NCBI RefSeq assembly: GCF_001194135.2
Contig: NC_068994.1
Coordinates: 55,521,038-55,585,037, forward strand
Direction of reading: 5' to 3'
DNA from: Octopus bimaculoides
Taxonomy: Eukaryota
Length of the DNA stretch: 64,000 bases
Shown here: one piece after another, positions 39,303 to 53,017 of the stretch
How positions within the stretch are numbered: position 1 is the first letter of the stretch
Layout of the letters: each line of letters opens with the position of its first letter
The notes under the pieces: model-generated
What the model was told of the DNA's origin: nothing
Databases searched by the model: none
The model's input: the letters and a program-made list of their open reading frames with translations, nothing else
Made by a program: the position numbers and the translations under genes

Positions 39303-40734
39303 GGGAGAGAGAGAGAGGGAGTGAGAGAGAAACAGAGAGAGAATGGGTGGCGAAAAGGAAAGGTTTTATTTTCTTTAGCCGAATCTCTAACATATGAAGA
39401 TGCCTGATGTTCCATCTCAGAGAAAACTGACCCACAATTTATAGATCTCAGTTCTCACCTCTGAGACGGCTTCGGTTTTCCTCTGCAGTTTTCCTCTGCA
39501 GACCCACAACCCACAACCCACTGCCTACCGAAGGATATCGTGAGCTCTGATCCTCTCGGTACTAATATCGACTTCAACATCAACGCACTCAAAATTATGA
39601 TTTCTCCGTTTTTCAAGTGACTATATACGTGGGGAACAAAAATTATTGGCACTAACATATATTATTGCCTCACTGCCTTCTGCGAATGCATGCTTATAGT
39701 TGGTACTATTGTTGTCACGTGATCGAAGTTTGAGCCTGATCGCGCCATTTCTCTTTCTAGCTTTACAGTGTAAGCATGGCCTCTCCACTAGCAATGTGAT
39801 CAAAGAAGAACAAAGATTAGGCTCAAACTTCCCATTTACTTCAACCCAGGGTTCGTCTTATTTTTCCACTTTTCGTTTAACCTTTCTTTCTATTTCTTCC
39901 ATCCATCCAATTCCCTTTCAATCATTTTATTCCTCTATTTTCCTTTTCAGGTCTTATATAATATCATTTTCCATTAGCGTTACTTCTACAAATGTTTTGC
40001 CTCCATGCCGTCTCACAGCCGAAAGACCTTTATTTATATGCCTGTATATTTATATACATATGCCAAAGACCTGTGTCTTTTGTTTGTTTTCATCACCATC
40101 TCTTACATTCACTCTCCGATTCTCAGCGGTTCTTTGCTTTTGGCGCAATCAAAATGAACAATCTTATCGTTAAAGGCGCGAAATAGTAATGATTTTCGGA
40201 CGATAACTGATGATGGAAGAGCATGTTCACATCTTGTGTGTGAATGTTTCGTGTGTTCCATTGTAGTAATTTTGTGCAATATTTGAAAATCATATTTCTC
40301 ATAGTATTTTTTTATTTCTAGTTTTGTGAGCCACAGAATTATTTCTAGCCAACGCCTTTCTCTACTAAATAACGCTTTTGCTTTAGTTTCCAAGCCGCTG
40401 TTGTGGTTTGTAATGCACAGGATTTTGTCGAGATACGTGCTAGGAAAAGATATGCTTTCTTCAAAGTTTCATTGTACGTAACAGCACGAGAGATGAGGGT
40501 TTACTCGGAATCTTTTACTGTCGGTGTACCTCGATACTAAAACATTCCACTTCTCCTCTAATGTCAATATTGATCTAATAATGAGGTAATTTAGGGAAAT
40601 TCGACTTATCACTTGACAAAGTATCCTGCAATTTTTAACCGTGCAAACGTATTATGACAGTTTTATTTTCTTAGTTTCAAGTGACGATACGCTGAAATAC
40701 CAACATAATTACCTCATTAGCTTTAAATTAATAT

Positions 40735-40767
40735 CTAACCCTAACCCTAACCCTAACCCTAACCCTA
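40735..40767. repeat. Interstitial (CCCTAA)n telomeric-type hexamer, about 5.5 units
   Basis: CTAACCCTAACCCTAACCCTAACCCTAACCCTA read directly. Confidence 0.9.
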
Positions 40768-41122
40768 TGCAAAGGTTAAGCCAGTATTTAAATATCGAAA
40801 ATACTTAAATTCTAATACCCTAGCATGGAAATTTTGAAGGCAATGAATTTTATTTTCGTAACTCGCAACAAAAGCATTATAAAGCCAGCATCTTAATTTT
40901 AATTCACTGGTCGCCATTTTGTCTTTCTTTGACAAATTTAATTTTAAAACTTAATACCATACGGAAGTGGATAATAATTTGAAATAGTAATTGTTTTTTT
41001 CTTTTTCCTTTCTCTACTATATGGTAAACATGGAACTTTATCAGCAGTGTAACACACACACATACATACACATACACACACACATATTCATATATATATA
41101 TATATATATNNNNNNNNNNGTG

Positions 41123-41155
<33 letters not shown>

Positions 41156-42294
41156 ATATATATATATGCATGTATTGTATTTGTATAATTGTGTTGAACT
41201 ACGTTTTGTCTGTATGTTTTCTTAATGCCATATCAAAATAACTACACTTGTATTGATATGGTTTTGTTTTGTTTTGTTTTGTTTATATTTTCCGCAGAAC
41301 GTATCTCTTTCACTGCTATAATAGATGGAAACAATAATCTTAGTAAATAACCATTCAAAGAATAGATTGGTTATCTGTTGTGAGCTAAAAATGATCACAT
41401 GAACATTAAAATGACAAATACTCACGTAGTTGTTATTGAATGGGCGCCATTTTTTTGTGTGCGTTATTTTTTTTTTCCTATTTCGAAACGTGCAGTTCTA
41501 AAGATTATAATCTGTAAGTTAGCAACGGACTAGAGTGAATAATTGGCTACAGAGAAGTAAAAATTCAATTCAGGAACTGATAAATTTATTATCTCAATAT
41601 AGTGGCAAGAGAAAGTGTGCCAAACAGAAAATTTGACTCTATAAACGAAACAACTTGGAGTAGAAATTTGTGGACTACGCGCGCACGCGACACACACTCA
41701 CACACACTGGCTTATACGCGTGCATGTACACAAATACATATGCAGACACATTATGTGTCAATGTTTGTATGAATATACATAGCTGCTGTGGCATATACGT
41801 ACTTATGTATTTGTTAAGTGATACAATTAGACGAATAGCAGGAACACAAAACTGCTCTCTGGAAGCAACGCGTGAGCGAAGATTAGATCTCGCTTTTAAA
41901 TTAGTTACGCGACTCAGAGGGAAATTTAATTTATCTCGCAAACAAATTTGTGTTAGAAAAATAGAAGAGAAAGACAAGAAAACAAATAAATAAATAAATA
42001 AATAACTAGAAAGAAAAGCTGATAGTTTTAGCGTTAACGTCAGACTATGGAAAAAGGAATCAATTTTGCTGTAGTTTACATACGATGGAAGAACTTCTAT
42101 TGAATACAGATGGACGAGTGTTAAAATATTTTGAAAAACACTAAATACATTTCACAACTGTTGTACATAACTACATAACAATGCAGTAAGAAAATGTTTA
42201 ATTTTGCTGTTGGTAGCTAGTGCATGCACGCGCGCGTAAATGTGTGCGTGCATGCGCGCGTGCCTGCGTATATATATTCAGAAATGTATGGATT

Positions 42295-42367
<73 letters not shown>

Positions 42368-43651
42368 ATGTTTATTTTATATATATATATATATAAATAT
42401 GTGTTTGTGTATTATTTCTGTATATGCATATATATGTATTTACATGTATATATTACATATACGTTTAAAAGGTATGTGTTTTATAAATGTATATACTATA
42501 TTTAGAGAGTGAGGGAGAGAGTGAGAGTGAGAGAAAGAGGATGAGAGGAATAGAAAGAGAAAACGAGAGAGTGATAGAGAAAAGCTGCCGATTATTTCTA
42601 ACGCTAATGAGAAGAAAATTTTATGCCTAAAATACAGGACCGGTCAGCTTGATTTATAATTGGCGGCAGTTGTAAGCTAGAAGAGGTCGAGAGGATGCTT
42701 TGGAGGCAATATTTCGTACTGGTTCTGTAATGATGCGAACGAATACTATTAGGGAAGGCTGAGAGATGAGAACGGTCTATAGTGAAGTCGCATATAACAA
42801 AGGAGGCTACGCTTGCTGATTCTGGAGTGGTTATAATAAGAAATTTGTTCTGTGTGAGACAAGTCCGTGTAAAATACAATATCGGATCTTTATTCAGCAA
42901 TTTGCGTGATCCTGAAGAATACGGAGTTTGTCACGTAACCTTGAAGTACGTATCCTGTGTCCTTTGCATGCACTTGTAACTAATTTTAACATTGTTCCCA
43001 TCAAAGGGATTGTGGTATTTATGTGTGCTTGAGAAATGTTAACCTCACAGGAACAGAAAAATATTTTAACTACGTTGGAATCTAAATTTATTCTGGAGCG
43101 CTGATTTGAACATAATGGGTAGTTTTTTGACTATGTGTTCGATAATTAGTTGAAGCCTTCTTATTCGATCCGCGGTTGTTGCCTAAACAAGATATTACTG
43201 TATTGTAATCAAGTCACACATATAAACTCTTTTGAAAGTCACAAAATCACGAATCCCTAATGATGTCTGTCTTAAAAAAGTACCCTGAAGCCTAGTGTGC
43301 AAGGAACATATCTTTGTGTATTTACTTATAGGTGTATGGGTACACAATTGTTTTTCTCCATTCGTATGTGTGTGTATGTTCACATATGTCGATACAATGC
43401 GCAATACGAGATCAAAAGATACCGTAATACAAGATATCTCGAATAGCAATAATTTTGTTTGTAAACAAGCAACCCCATTATAACAACTACAATACAAAAA
43501 CAAACACACAAAAATGTTGGACGCTTTGATATTATTAGCTTTCCTTTATTGATTATTTTCCGTATTGCTTTCTTCAGAATCACGCATTATTAATTATATT
43601 ATAGTCGAGGTGGAAATATTAAATATCACCAACAACAGATAAACATGAAGC

Positions 43652-43706
<55 letters not shown>

Positions 43707-44256
43707 TAATAATAAAAATAACAATAATAATAATATCAACAAGAATAACGACACAAGACATTTTTTTAATATAACTGATTCGTTAAGAATAATACAGTAA
43801 GTAAACATTAATAACGGAAATAAAATTATGATTTCAAATAGCGAGATTGTTTAAGAATTTTCTTCAATATTTCTGCGGGCAAATATATCGAATGGAGAAT
43901 TTTTTTTTTTTTGTTGAAAAACTTAGAAGAATGTTAGAATTACAAAGAAAATGGTACCAACTTGACATTTTTATATATTTATTTAAATATTTATGTATTT
44001 TACAAATTTCCTATGTTTAGTATGAATTTTTTTAAAACTCTGCAATGTATGTATAGGCATATAAGTAACTCTATAGACAATAAGTTTATGTGAATATGTA
44101 TGTATGTATGCATGCATACATATACACACACATATATATATTACATTAAGTTCTTTTGATATTATATGTCTGAAACTACATAAACTATATTTTCTTCGAA
44201 AAATATGTTTGAAGACTTACAGACACATATGCACACACAGAGACACACACATATGA

Positions 44257-44289
<33 letters not shown>

Positions 44290-45007
44290 TGTATGAATGT
44301 ATGTATGTATGAATGTATGTATGTATGCATGCATGCATGTATGTATGTATGTATGCATGTGTGTATGTATGTATGTATATATGTGTGTATGTATGTATGT
44401 ATGTATTCTCCTGCAGATTGGGATGTGGTGTGGGGTAGAGTCCGTGTGTTGTGGTGTGGGGGTAGGGATATGGGTTGGGATAACGGTGGGGTGGGGTGGT
44501 ATCAACGAAGAGAGAAGGTGGGTAGGAGTGAAGAGAGGAAGTAAGTGTCAGATGAAAAGAGGAGGAGAGTTGAGCCCGTGTGACGCAAGTAAGCGAAGAG
44601 AGAACAATAATTCCTGTTCACGGCGAAGGCGCGAGTCCGGATGGATCCTATCCAAAGACAATCCGAACACAGACAGGTGTTCTAGTGAATGACTGATAGA
44701 GCGTGTATGTGTGCGTACGCGTCTCTCTGTGTCTGTGTATGTCTTTCTCTCTATCTCTTTCTCTATTTCTTTAAGTGCATACTGTGTTATGCACACACAC
44801 GCGCGCGCGCACATACATACGCACACACATTCACACCTTACACGTCCCTGCGCACGCACGCACGCACACTCATACATATAGAGGAGAATGTGGGAAACAA
44901 TATGGCTGTGTTTAAATGTAAGGAATGGGTGAAAACGATAAAGGCACACGGTCAATGTTGCAGAAAACAATGAAACGAATAATGGAAACAAAACAACACA
45001 AGCAATC

Positions 45008-45065
<58 letters not shown>

Positions 45066-45443
45066 ACCAATCTCATATCAATAGTATTTCCTTGGAAGTG
45101 GAGCTATGTTAACCTATTAACATATTTGGCATTGAACATTCTTAACACATACGTTGACAAAAATCTATAACGCCTTTATATTAATCATAGAATCATACAA
45201 GTTGGTGGAAAATGATTGCTGGCTATTCAATTTGCTCCGTTGTCGAGAGTAAAATGATTTACTTAAAAACTATTTCAAAATAACCTCACAAATTATACCT
45301 GTCTTGAAATTCTGGTACACGAAATGGACTTGTTGCCAGACATTATCTGGAAGAAATATTTGATAAACAAGATGGTATAGCGTTTCACGTGGCAACAAGT
45401 CGATTGGAATATATTGATTCGTGGTCAAATGCAAATTGACTGA

Positions 45444-45496
<53 letters not shown>

Positions 45497-45652
45497 TCTC
45501 TCTCGTTTCAAGACGGATGCTATCAGAATTGGAAGCACATAGTACATGATAGGCTCCTCGATTGTTTATTTTGATAAAAATTTGGAAAAGACGACGGAAA
45601 AGACGACGGAAACGACACCACCATCATAATCACCTCGTCGAGCTTACTCGCA

Positions 45653-45855
45653 AATATTCTTTTCTACTCTAGGTACAAGGCCCGAAACTTTTGGGGAGGT
45701 GGCCAGTCAATTAGAGCGACCCCCATTTCGCAACTGGTACCTACTTTATCAACCCAGAAAGAATGAAAGGCAAAGACGACCTCGGCGGAATTTGAACTCG
45801 GAACATAAAGACAGACGAAATACCACTAAGCATTTCGCCCAGCGTACTAACGTAA
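45653..45855 (-). mobile_element. SINE family A
   Basis: TATTCTTTTCTACTCTAGGTACAAGGCCCG..GAATTTGAACTCGGAAC. Confidence 0.85.
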
Positions 45856-46136
45856 AACATAACACTGACCACGTTAAACATAATAGTAGAGTGTGGAACA
45901 ATTGCTTCGTCTCTAAACATTTAGTAGCATTTTGTGCCTTTCTGCATCACCCTTTCAATATATATATACATATATATATACAGAAGATTGTGTTTTCCAA
46001 AATGGAGGCGAACCACTTTCTCCGTGTGGTCGGCTTGAAAGGTTGTTAAGAGACTACGATATTTTTCTACGTTTCTTAACATGAAATGAATGGTAGCCTT
46101 AATTCACAAATAATGCGGTGTTGAGCATTATTTACA

Positions 46137-46182
<46 letters not shown>

Positions 46183-46715
46183 NNNNNNNNNNNNNNNNNN
46201 NNNNNNNNNNNNNNNNNNNNNNNNNNNNNNNNNNNNNNNNNNNNNNNNNNNNNNNNNNNNNNNNNNNNNNNNNNNNNNNNNNNNNNNNNNNNNNNNNNNN
46301 NNNNNNNNNNNNNNNNNNNNNNNNNNNNNNNNNNNNNNNNNNNNNNNNNNNNNNNNNNNNNNNNNNNNNNNNNNNNNNNNNNNNNNNNNNNNNNNNNNNN
46401 NNNNNNNNNNNNNNNNNNNNNNNNNNNNNNNNNNNNNNNNNNNNNNNNNNNNNNNNNNNNNNNNNNNNNNNNNNNNNNNNNNNNNNNNNNNNNNNNNNNN
46501 NNNNNNNNNNNNNNNNNNNNNNNNNNNNNNNNNNNNNNNNNNNNNNNNNNNNNNNNNNNNNNNNNNNNNNNNNNNNNNNNNNNNNNNNNNNNNNNNNNNN
46601 NNNNNNNNNNNNNNNNNNNNNNNNNNNNNNNNNNNNNNNNNNNNNNNNNNNNNNNNNNNNNNNNNNNNNNNNNNNNNNNNNNNNNNNNNNNNNNGCTAAT
46701 CCCTTATATTTATGA

Positions 46716-46749
<34 letters not shown>

Positions 46750-46769
46750 GAGAATATACAAATAATAAC

Positions 46770-46920
46770 AACAGACGAGGACAGGTGGTGTAAATAACAA
46801 AAGTATATATTAGTATGACGCTCGGGAATACGGAAAGTCTTTGACGTTTCGAGCTACGCTGTTCAACAGAAAGAATACGGAGACAAGGAGAAAAACACGG
46901 AGAAAAAAAATTGAATAGTG
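46770..46920 (-). mobile_element. Penelope-like remnant with a CUGUUGA hammerhead motif (about 46838-46873)
   Basis: Minus strand TCTTT CTGTTGA A CAGC GTA GCTC GAAAC GTC AAAGA: perfect 5-bp stem I and GUC triplet. Confidence 0.6.
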
Positions 46921-46947
46921 TTCAGTCAACGGTCAATCATAATAATG

Positions 46948-46979
<32 letters not shown>

Positions 46980-47550
46980 CAAACACAGATACATATATAT
47001 ATATATATATACACACACACATCTATATCTCACGCTGCATACATATGCATACACGCATGGAAGTTTATATAATTTACATATGCTAATAAGTGAGGACGAA
47101 TGTGTTGGATTTTTTTAAATATTTGTTTGTATTTTTTTGTGTAGCGAAACCGTTCCATAGTTTTCCACAGAATCAATATTATGATTTGGTGTTGTTGATA
47201 GTGAGAGATTAGTTGGCAAAAGTCCTGTAAATGCTAACGCATCTTGACACACGTTCATTCCATGTTAAGTGGAAACTCTTGATTTTCTTACATGATCTTC
47301 ACACCTCCGCTCTGGCGTTCGTGAACGTTGTATCAATTCAATGGTTTATAGTGTGCAGTAGTAAAGATGAGAGTGATGGTAGAAGGCTGTTAAAGAGGGA
47401 AATAGTAAGAGAGAGAGAGAGAGAGAGGGGAAAAGAGAGACAAAGTGACTGAGTGAATGACAGAGTGGAGACATACAGAGAAGTACTAGCAAAACAGACA
47501 GGAACGCACACGCGCTAAAAAAAACACTTTAAGAAAATTACATATATCAC

Positions 47551-47584
<34 letters not shown>

Positions 47585-47603
47585 CTATCTACCTATCTAT
47601 CTG

Positions 47604-47672
<69 letters not shown>

Positions 47673-47731
47673 TTACCTGTCTATATCANNNNNNNNNNNN
47701 NNNTATATATATATATATATATATATATTTG

Positions 47732-48069
47732 TACGAGGTGGTATCAAGTGGTTTCCGGATTAGTTCTGTAGCGTGCCAACAAACAGCGGCACACGGTTGC
47801 GTGCACAATGAGAGCTGGCATTGACTTTCATGAGACAGTGTGCCGAGTGACATCGTTGCGTTTACTTCGCATGTTCTGAAATCTGTCATGGACAGGAACA
47901 ATGAGCCAACGTGTAGTTTTGCGTGAAACTTGGAAAACCTGCTTCAGAGACATTGAGCAAGATAACGGCGATCAGGCAATAGGTTGTACGCATTGCTTCA
48001 AGTGGCACAGGCGCTTCAGAAGTGAAAGACCGATCCTAGAAGAGGATGAGCGATCTGCAAGACCTGCCA
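47732..48069 (+). mobile_element. 5' end of a mariner transposon (TIR + HTH region of the transposase, frameshifted)
   Basis: TA-CGAGGTGGTATCAAG.. TIR start; pieces CVKLGKPASETL..GDQAIGCTHCFKWHRRFRSERPILEEDERSARP match the mariner N-terminus. Confidence 0.85.
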
Positions 48070-48415
48070 CATGGTTCCGGGTTCAGTCCCACTGCGTGGC
48101 ACCTTAGGCAAGTGTCTTCTACTATAACTTCGGACCAGCCAAAGCCTTGTGAGTGGATTTGGTAGACGGAAACTGAAAGAAGCCCGTCGTATATGTGTGT
48201 GCGTTTCTTCCCCACCCCCACCTCCACTTGACAACCGATGTTGGTGTGCTTACGTCCCCGTAACTTCAGCGCTTCAGCACAAGAGATCGATAAGAATAAG
48301 CACCAGGCTTTATAAAAAAAAATTGTAAGTACTGGGATCGATTCATTCGACTAAAAACTCCTCATGGCGGTGCTCCGGCATGGCCGTAGTCCAGTGACTG
48401 AAGCAAGTAAAAGTT
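48069..48415 (+). mobile_element. Composite CORE-like SINE with a short internal microsatellite and the second module
   Basis: Colinear with 13787-14230. Confidence 0.85.
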
Positions 48416-48889
48416 AAACATATATTTCTCCAATAAACAAAGTATTTTACTATTTTTTAAATTCAGTTCCTATTAATAAAAATATAGTGAGATTTTTTTC
48501 AAACAGCGAATGGCTTTGAGGGTCCACCCAAGAAAAATCGGCATCAGAGGGGCCCATAAGTAAAAAATCGTGGAGGACCTCCGACATACAAGGTACTTCG
48601 TTATTGTTATCATTCCTATTGTCATTGTTGTTATTGGTTTTGCTGTTATTGTTAATTTCCTTTTGTAATTTCAACCGTTGTTATTGTGGACAGAGTAAAA
48701 TTCTTAATGATGGTGTTCTTGCTGTTGCTGTCGATGGTGGTGTTAGTCTTGCATTTCTTGTCCTTGTTGTTGTTGTTGCTGTTGTTGCTGCTGTTGTTGT
48801 TGTTGTTTTTGATGAATTTGATTTTGTTGTTGTTGTTTCTGTTCTTCAGTTCATTTCCATCTCTTCCTTTTCCTCATCGTCGTCATCCT

Positions 48890-49105
48890 CATGATCATCC
48901 TCCGCCCCCTTGTCATTATCACCGTCATCGACATCATCATCATCATCATCGTCATCATCATCATCATCATCATCGTCGTCGTCGTCGTCATTGTCTTCTT
49001 CTTCTTCTTCTTCTTCTTCTTCTTCTTCTTCTTCTTCTTCTTCTTCTTCTTCTTCTTCTTCTTCTTCTTCTTCTCTTTTTATTATTATTATTATTATTCT
49101 TATTC
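48890..49105. repeat. Compound (CAT)/(CGT)/(TTC)/(ATT) microsatellite
   Basis: Read directly from the sequence. Confidence 0.95.
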
Positions 49106-49487
49106 TTATATTTTACTCCTCTATCTTGTTTGATTTCGTGAAATATTTTAAACAATTCCTAATTTTNNNNNNNNNNNNNNNNNNNNNNNNNNNNNNNNNN
49201 NNNNNNNNNNNNNNNNNNNNAAATAAATATATATGAATACAAATTTTAAAAATTGCAACAAGAAAAAAAATAATACAAATCACCCCCCCAAAAAAACACG
49301 AAAACGGAAAATGAAAATATAAAAATAAGTAAATAACTTGTCATTTATTTCTTATTCCTTCTTTCTTTCTTTCTTATTATTTTAGTTGTTGTTGTTGTTT
49401 GTATCGAATATAATTTTAATGAAAGTTAAAATAAACACGCAAATAGAGGAATTCTGCTTTGTCGATGTCAGCTAAAGCCACACTGAC

Positions 49488-49551
<64 letters not shown>

Positions 49552-49552
49552 T

Positions 49553-50200
49553 AATCTTTTCTACTGAAGGCACAAGACCCTGAAATTTTGGGGGAGGGGC
49601 CTAGTCGATGACATTGACCCCAATGTTTCACAGGTACTTAATTTATTGACCCTGAAAGGATGAAAGGCAAAGTCGACCTTGGCGCAATTTGAACTCATAA
49701 CATAAAGACGGCGTATTAAACGATTCTGCCATCCCACCGCCCTAATAATAATAATAATAATGGTTTCAAATTTTGGCACAAGGCCGGTAATTACGGGGGA
49801 TGGAGTAAGTCTATTAAATCAATTTCAGTGCCCAATTGGTGCGTATTTTAAGAAACCCAAAAGAATGAAAGGCAAAATCGATCCCGGCAGATCTTGAAGA
49901 CAGACCCTGAAGACGGACGAAATGCCACTTAGCATTTTATCCGGCGTTCTAGACATTCTACCAGCTCTTTATTCATAATAATAATGTAAATGGAGGCAAG
50001 TTCTTTCACAGGGCCAGCAATTTTTGGACCAGGGCTGATTCGATTACGTGGAACCTCAGGGTTTTAACTGGTATTTACTTTGCCAGTCCCGAAAAGATGA
50101 AAGGTAAAGTCGACTTCAGCGGAATTTGAACTCAGAACGTAAGGAGAGGCGGAATGCTGCTAAATACATTTTTGTCCGGCGCGGTAATGGCTTTGCCAAT
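49553..50200 (-). mobile_element. Three SINE family A copies head-to-tail (49553-49743, 49757-49970, 49990-50200) with (TAA)n linkers
   Basis: Each copy carries the GAAAGG(C/T)AAA(G/A)TCGA core and a SINE head, separated by TAATAATAA runs. Confidence 0.85.
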
Positions 50201-50485
50201 TCGCCGTAACAACAACAACAACAGAAGCAATAGTAGTAATAGTAGTAGGAGTAGACGTAATAGTAGTAGTACCAAGGATGATGATGATGAGGATGATGAT
50301 GATGATGATTGTAATAATATAAACCAAAAAACAACCATAGGAAGAAAGTCAATAACAACAAAAAAGCAACATGAATTACAGGAATAACCATCACGACAAA
50401 GTGGACTCGAATCGGTAATAATAAAAGTACAAATGAAGAACAAATTGCTAACGTATCTTTGATAATAATAATAATAACAATTTTG

Positions 50486-50537
<52 letters not shown>

Positions 50538-50652
50538 CAACAATAATAATAACTACAATAGCAACTACAATAATTATAATGATGATGATTATGGCAATAA
50601 TGTCTGTTCATGTGTTTGTGTATGTGTGTCGTGTATGTGTGTGTGTGTGTGC

Positions 50653-50704
<52 letters not shown>

Positions 50705-50746
50705 TTATATGTGTATACTTATGAATTTATATGTATACATATATAC

Positions 50747-50783
<37 letters not shown>

Positions 50784-52176
50784 TATATATGTTCATGTGG
50801 ATATATAAATATATATGCACATATGTGTATATATGTCCACATATATGTGTGCGTGTATATATATATATATATATATATATANNNNNNNNNNNNNNNNNNN
50901 NNNNNNNNNNNNNNNNNNNNNNNNNNNNNNNNNNNNNNNNNNNNNNNNNNNNNNNNNNNNNNNNNNNNNNNNNNNNNNNNNNNNNNNNNNNNNNNNNNNN
51001 NNNNNNNNNNNNNNNNNNNNNNNNNNNNNNNNNNNNNNNNNNNNNNNNNNNNNNNNNNNNNNNNNNNNNNNNNNNNNNNNNNNNNNNNNNNNNNNNNNNN
51101 NNNNNNNNNNNNNNNNNNNNNNNNNNNNNNNNNNNNNNNNNNNNNNNNNNNNNNNNNNNNNNNNNNNNNNNNNNNNNNNNNNNNNNNNNNNNNNNNNNNN
51201 NNNNNNNNNNNNNNNNNNNNNNNNNNNNNNNNNNNNNNNNNNNNNNNNNNNNNNNNNNNNNNNNNNNNNNNNNNNNNNNNNNNNNNNNNNNNNNNNNNNN
51301 NNNNNNNNNNNNNNNNNNNNNNNNNNNNNNNNNNNNNNNNNNNNNNNNNNNNNNNNNNNNNNNNNNNNNNNNNNNNNNNNNNNNNNNNNNNNNNNATATA
51401 TATATATATATATATACATATGTGTGTATGTATGTATGCGTATATACATGTAAGTATATATATGACAAACCAACGAACACTCTTAATTTAACTTCCCAGT
51501 GTTATTTGTTATCAACAACAGAAAGCAACGACTTAGCAATAATACTAACACTAGTACTACTAATAAAAGAAAATAATAATAATAATAATAATAATAGTCA
51601 TAATAATAGTAATAACAACAATAACAACAAGAAATACTTGCTTGATTTGAAACCAAGTCAGTAAATGATATCTTGTAATTTATTGCAATTAAAAACGATG
51701 GGAATGAAAAGATGGCGTGTTTAAATAGAGATGTGTAACTATGGAAGACGAGAAGCATCAATGTGACCGGACAAGTAACATCTAAACACGCGATTATTAC
51801 TATCATTATTATTATTATTATTATGATTATTATTATTATTGTTGTTATTGTGGTTATTGTTCTTGTTATCAATTAAAACTATATTTTTAGAACTGGATTG
51901 GACGTAAAGATTTATCGATTTTCCCTTCCATATTTAAATTTAAATTTGAAATACAGCTATTTTCATATCCCTCACTACCTCATTCTCACTCTGACTCTGT
52001 GTGTGTATGTTTGTGTACATCTCTATGTAATGCTGACATGTATGTGCAGAGGACTGCGGTGTTGTATATATACACGTACATGGGTATGCATATACACATA
52101 CATACATACATTCATACACACACACACACACACACACACAGATATATATATATATATACACACATAAAATTATACG

Positions 52177-52216
<40 letters not shown>

Positions 52217-52934
52217 NNNNNNNNNNNNNNNNNNNNNNNNNNNNNNNNNNNNNNNNNNNNNNNNNNNNNNNNNNNNNNNNNNNNNNNNNNNNNNNNNNNN
52301 NNNNNNNNNNNNNNNNNNNNNNNNNNNNNNNNNNNNNNNNNNNNNNNNNNNNNNNNNNNNNNNNNNNNNNNNNNNNNNNNNNNNNNNNNNNNNNNNNNNN
52401 NNNNNNNNNNNNNNNNNNNNNNNNNNNNNNNNNNNNNNNNNNNNNNNNNNNNNNNNNNNNNNNNNNNNNNNNNNNNNNNNNNNNNNNNNNNNNNNNNNNN
52501 NNNNNNNNNNNNNNNNNNNNNNNNNNNNNNNNNNNNNNNNNNNNNNNNNNNNNNNNNNNNNNNNNNNNNNNNNNNNNNNNNNNNNNNNNNNNNNNNNNNN
52601 NNNNNNNNNNNNNNNNNNNNNNNNNNNNNNNNNNNNNNNNNNNNNNNNNNNNNNNNNNNNNNNNNNNNNNNNNNNNNNNNNNNNNNNNNNNNNNNNNNNN
52701 NNNNNNNNNNNNNNNNNNNNNNNNNNNNNNNNNNNNNNNNNNNNNNNNNNNNNNNNNNNNNNNNNNNNNNNNNNNNNNNNNNNNNNNNNNNNNNNNNNNN
52801 NNNNNNNNNNNNNNNNNNNNNNNNNNNNNNNNNNNNNNNNNNNNNNNNNNNNNNNNNNNNNNNNNNNNNNNNNNNNNNNNNNNNNNNNNNNNTACCACGC
52901 TGTGGCATATATATATATATATATATATATATTG

Positions 52935-52980
52935 GAGCAGGAGTGGCTGTGTGGTAAGTTGCTTGCTTACCAACCACATA
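52935..52980 (+). mobile_element. CORE-like SINE head fragment
   Basis: GCAGGAGTGGCTGTGTGGTAAGTTGCTTGCTTACCAACCACAT. Confidence 0.7.
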
Positions 52981-52982
52981 TG

Positions 52983-53017
<35 letters not shown>

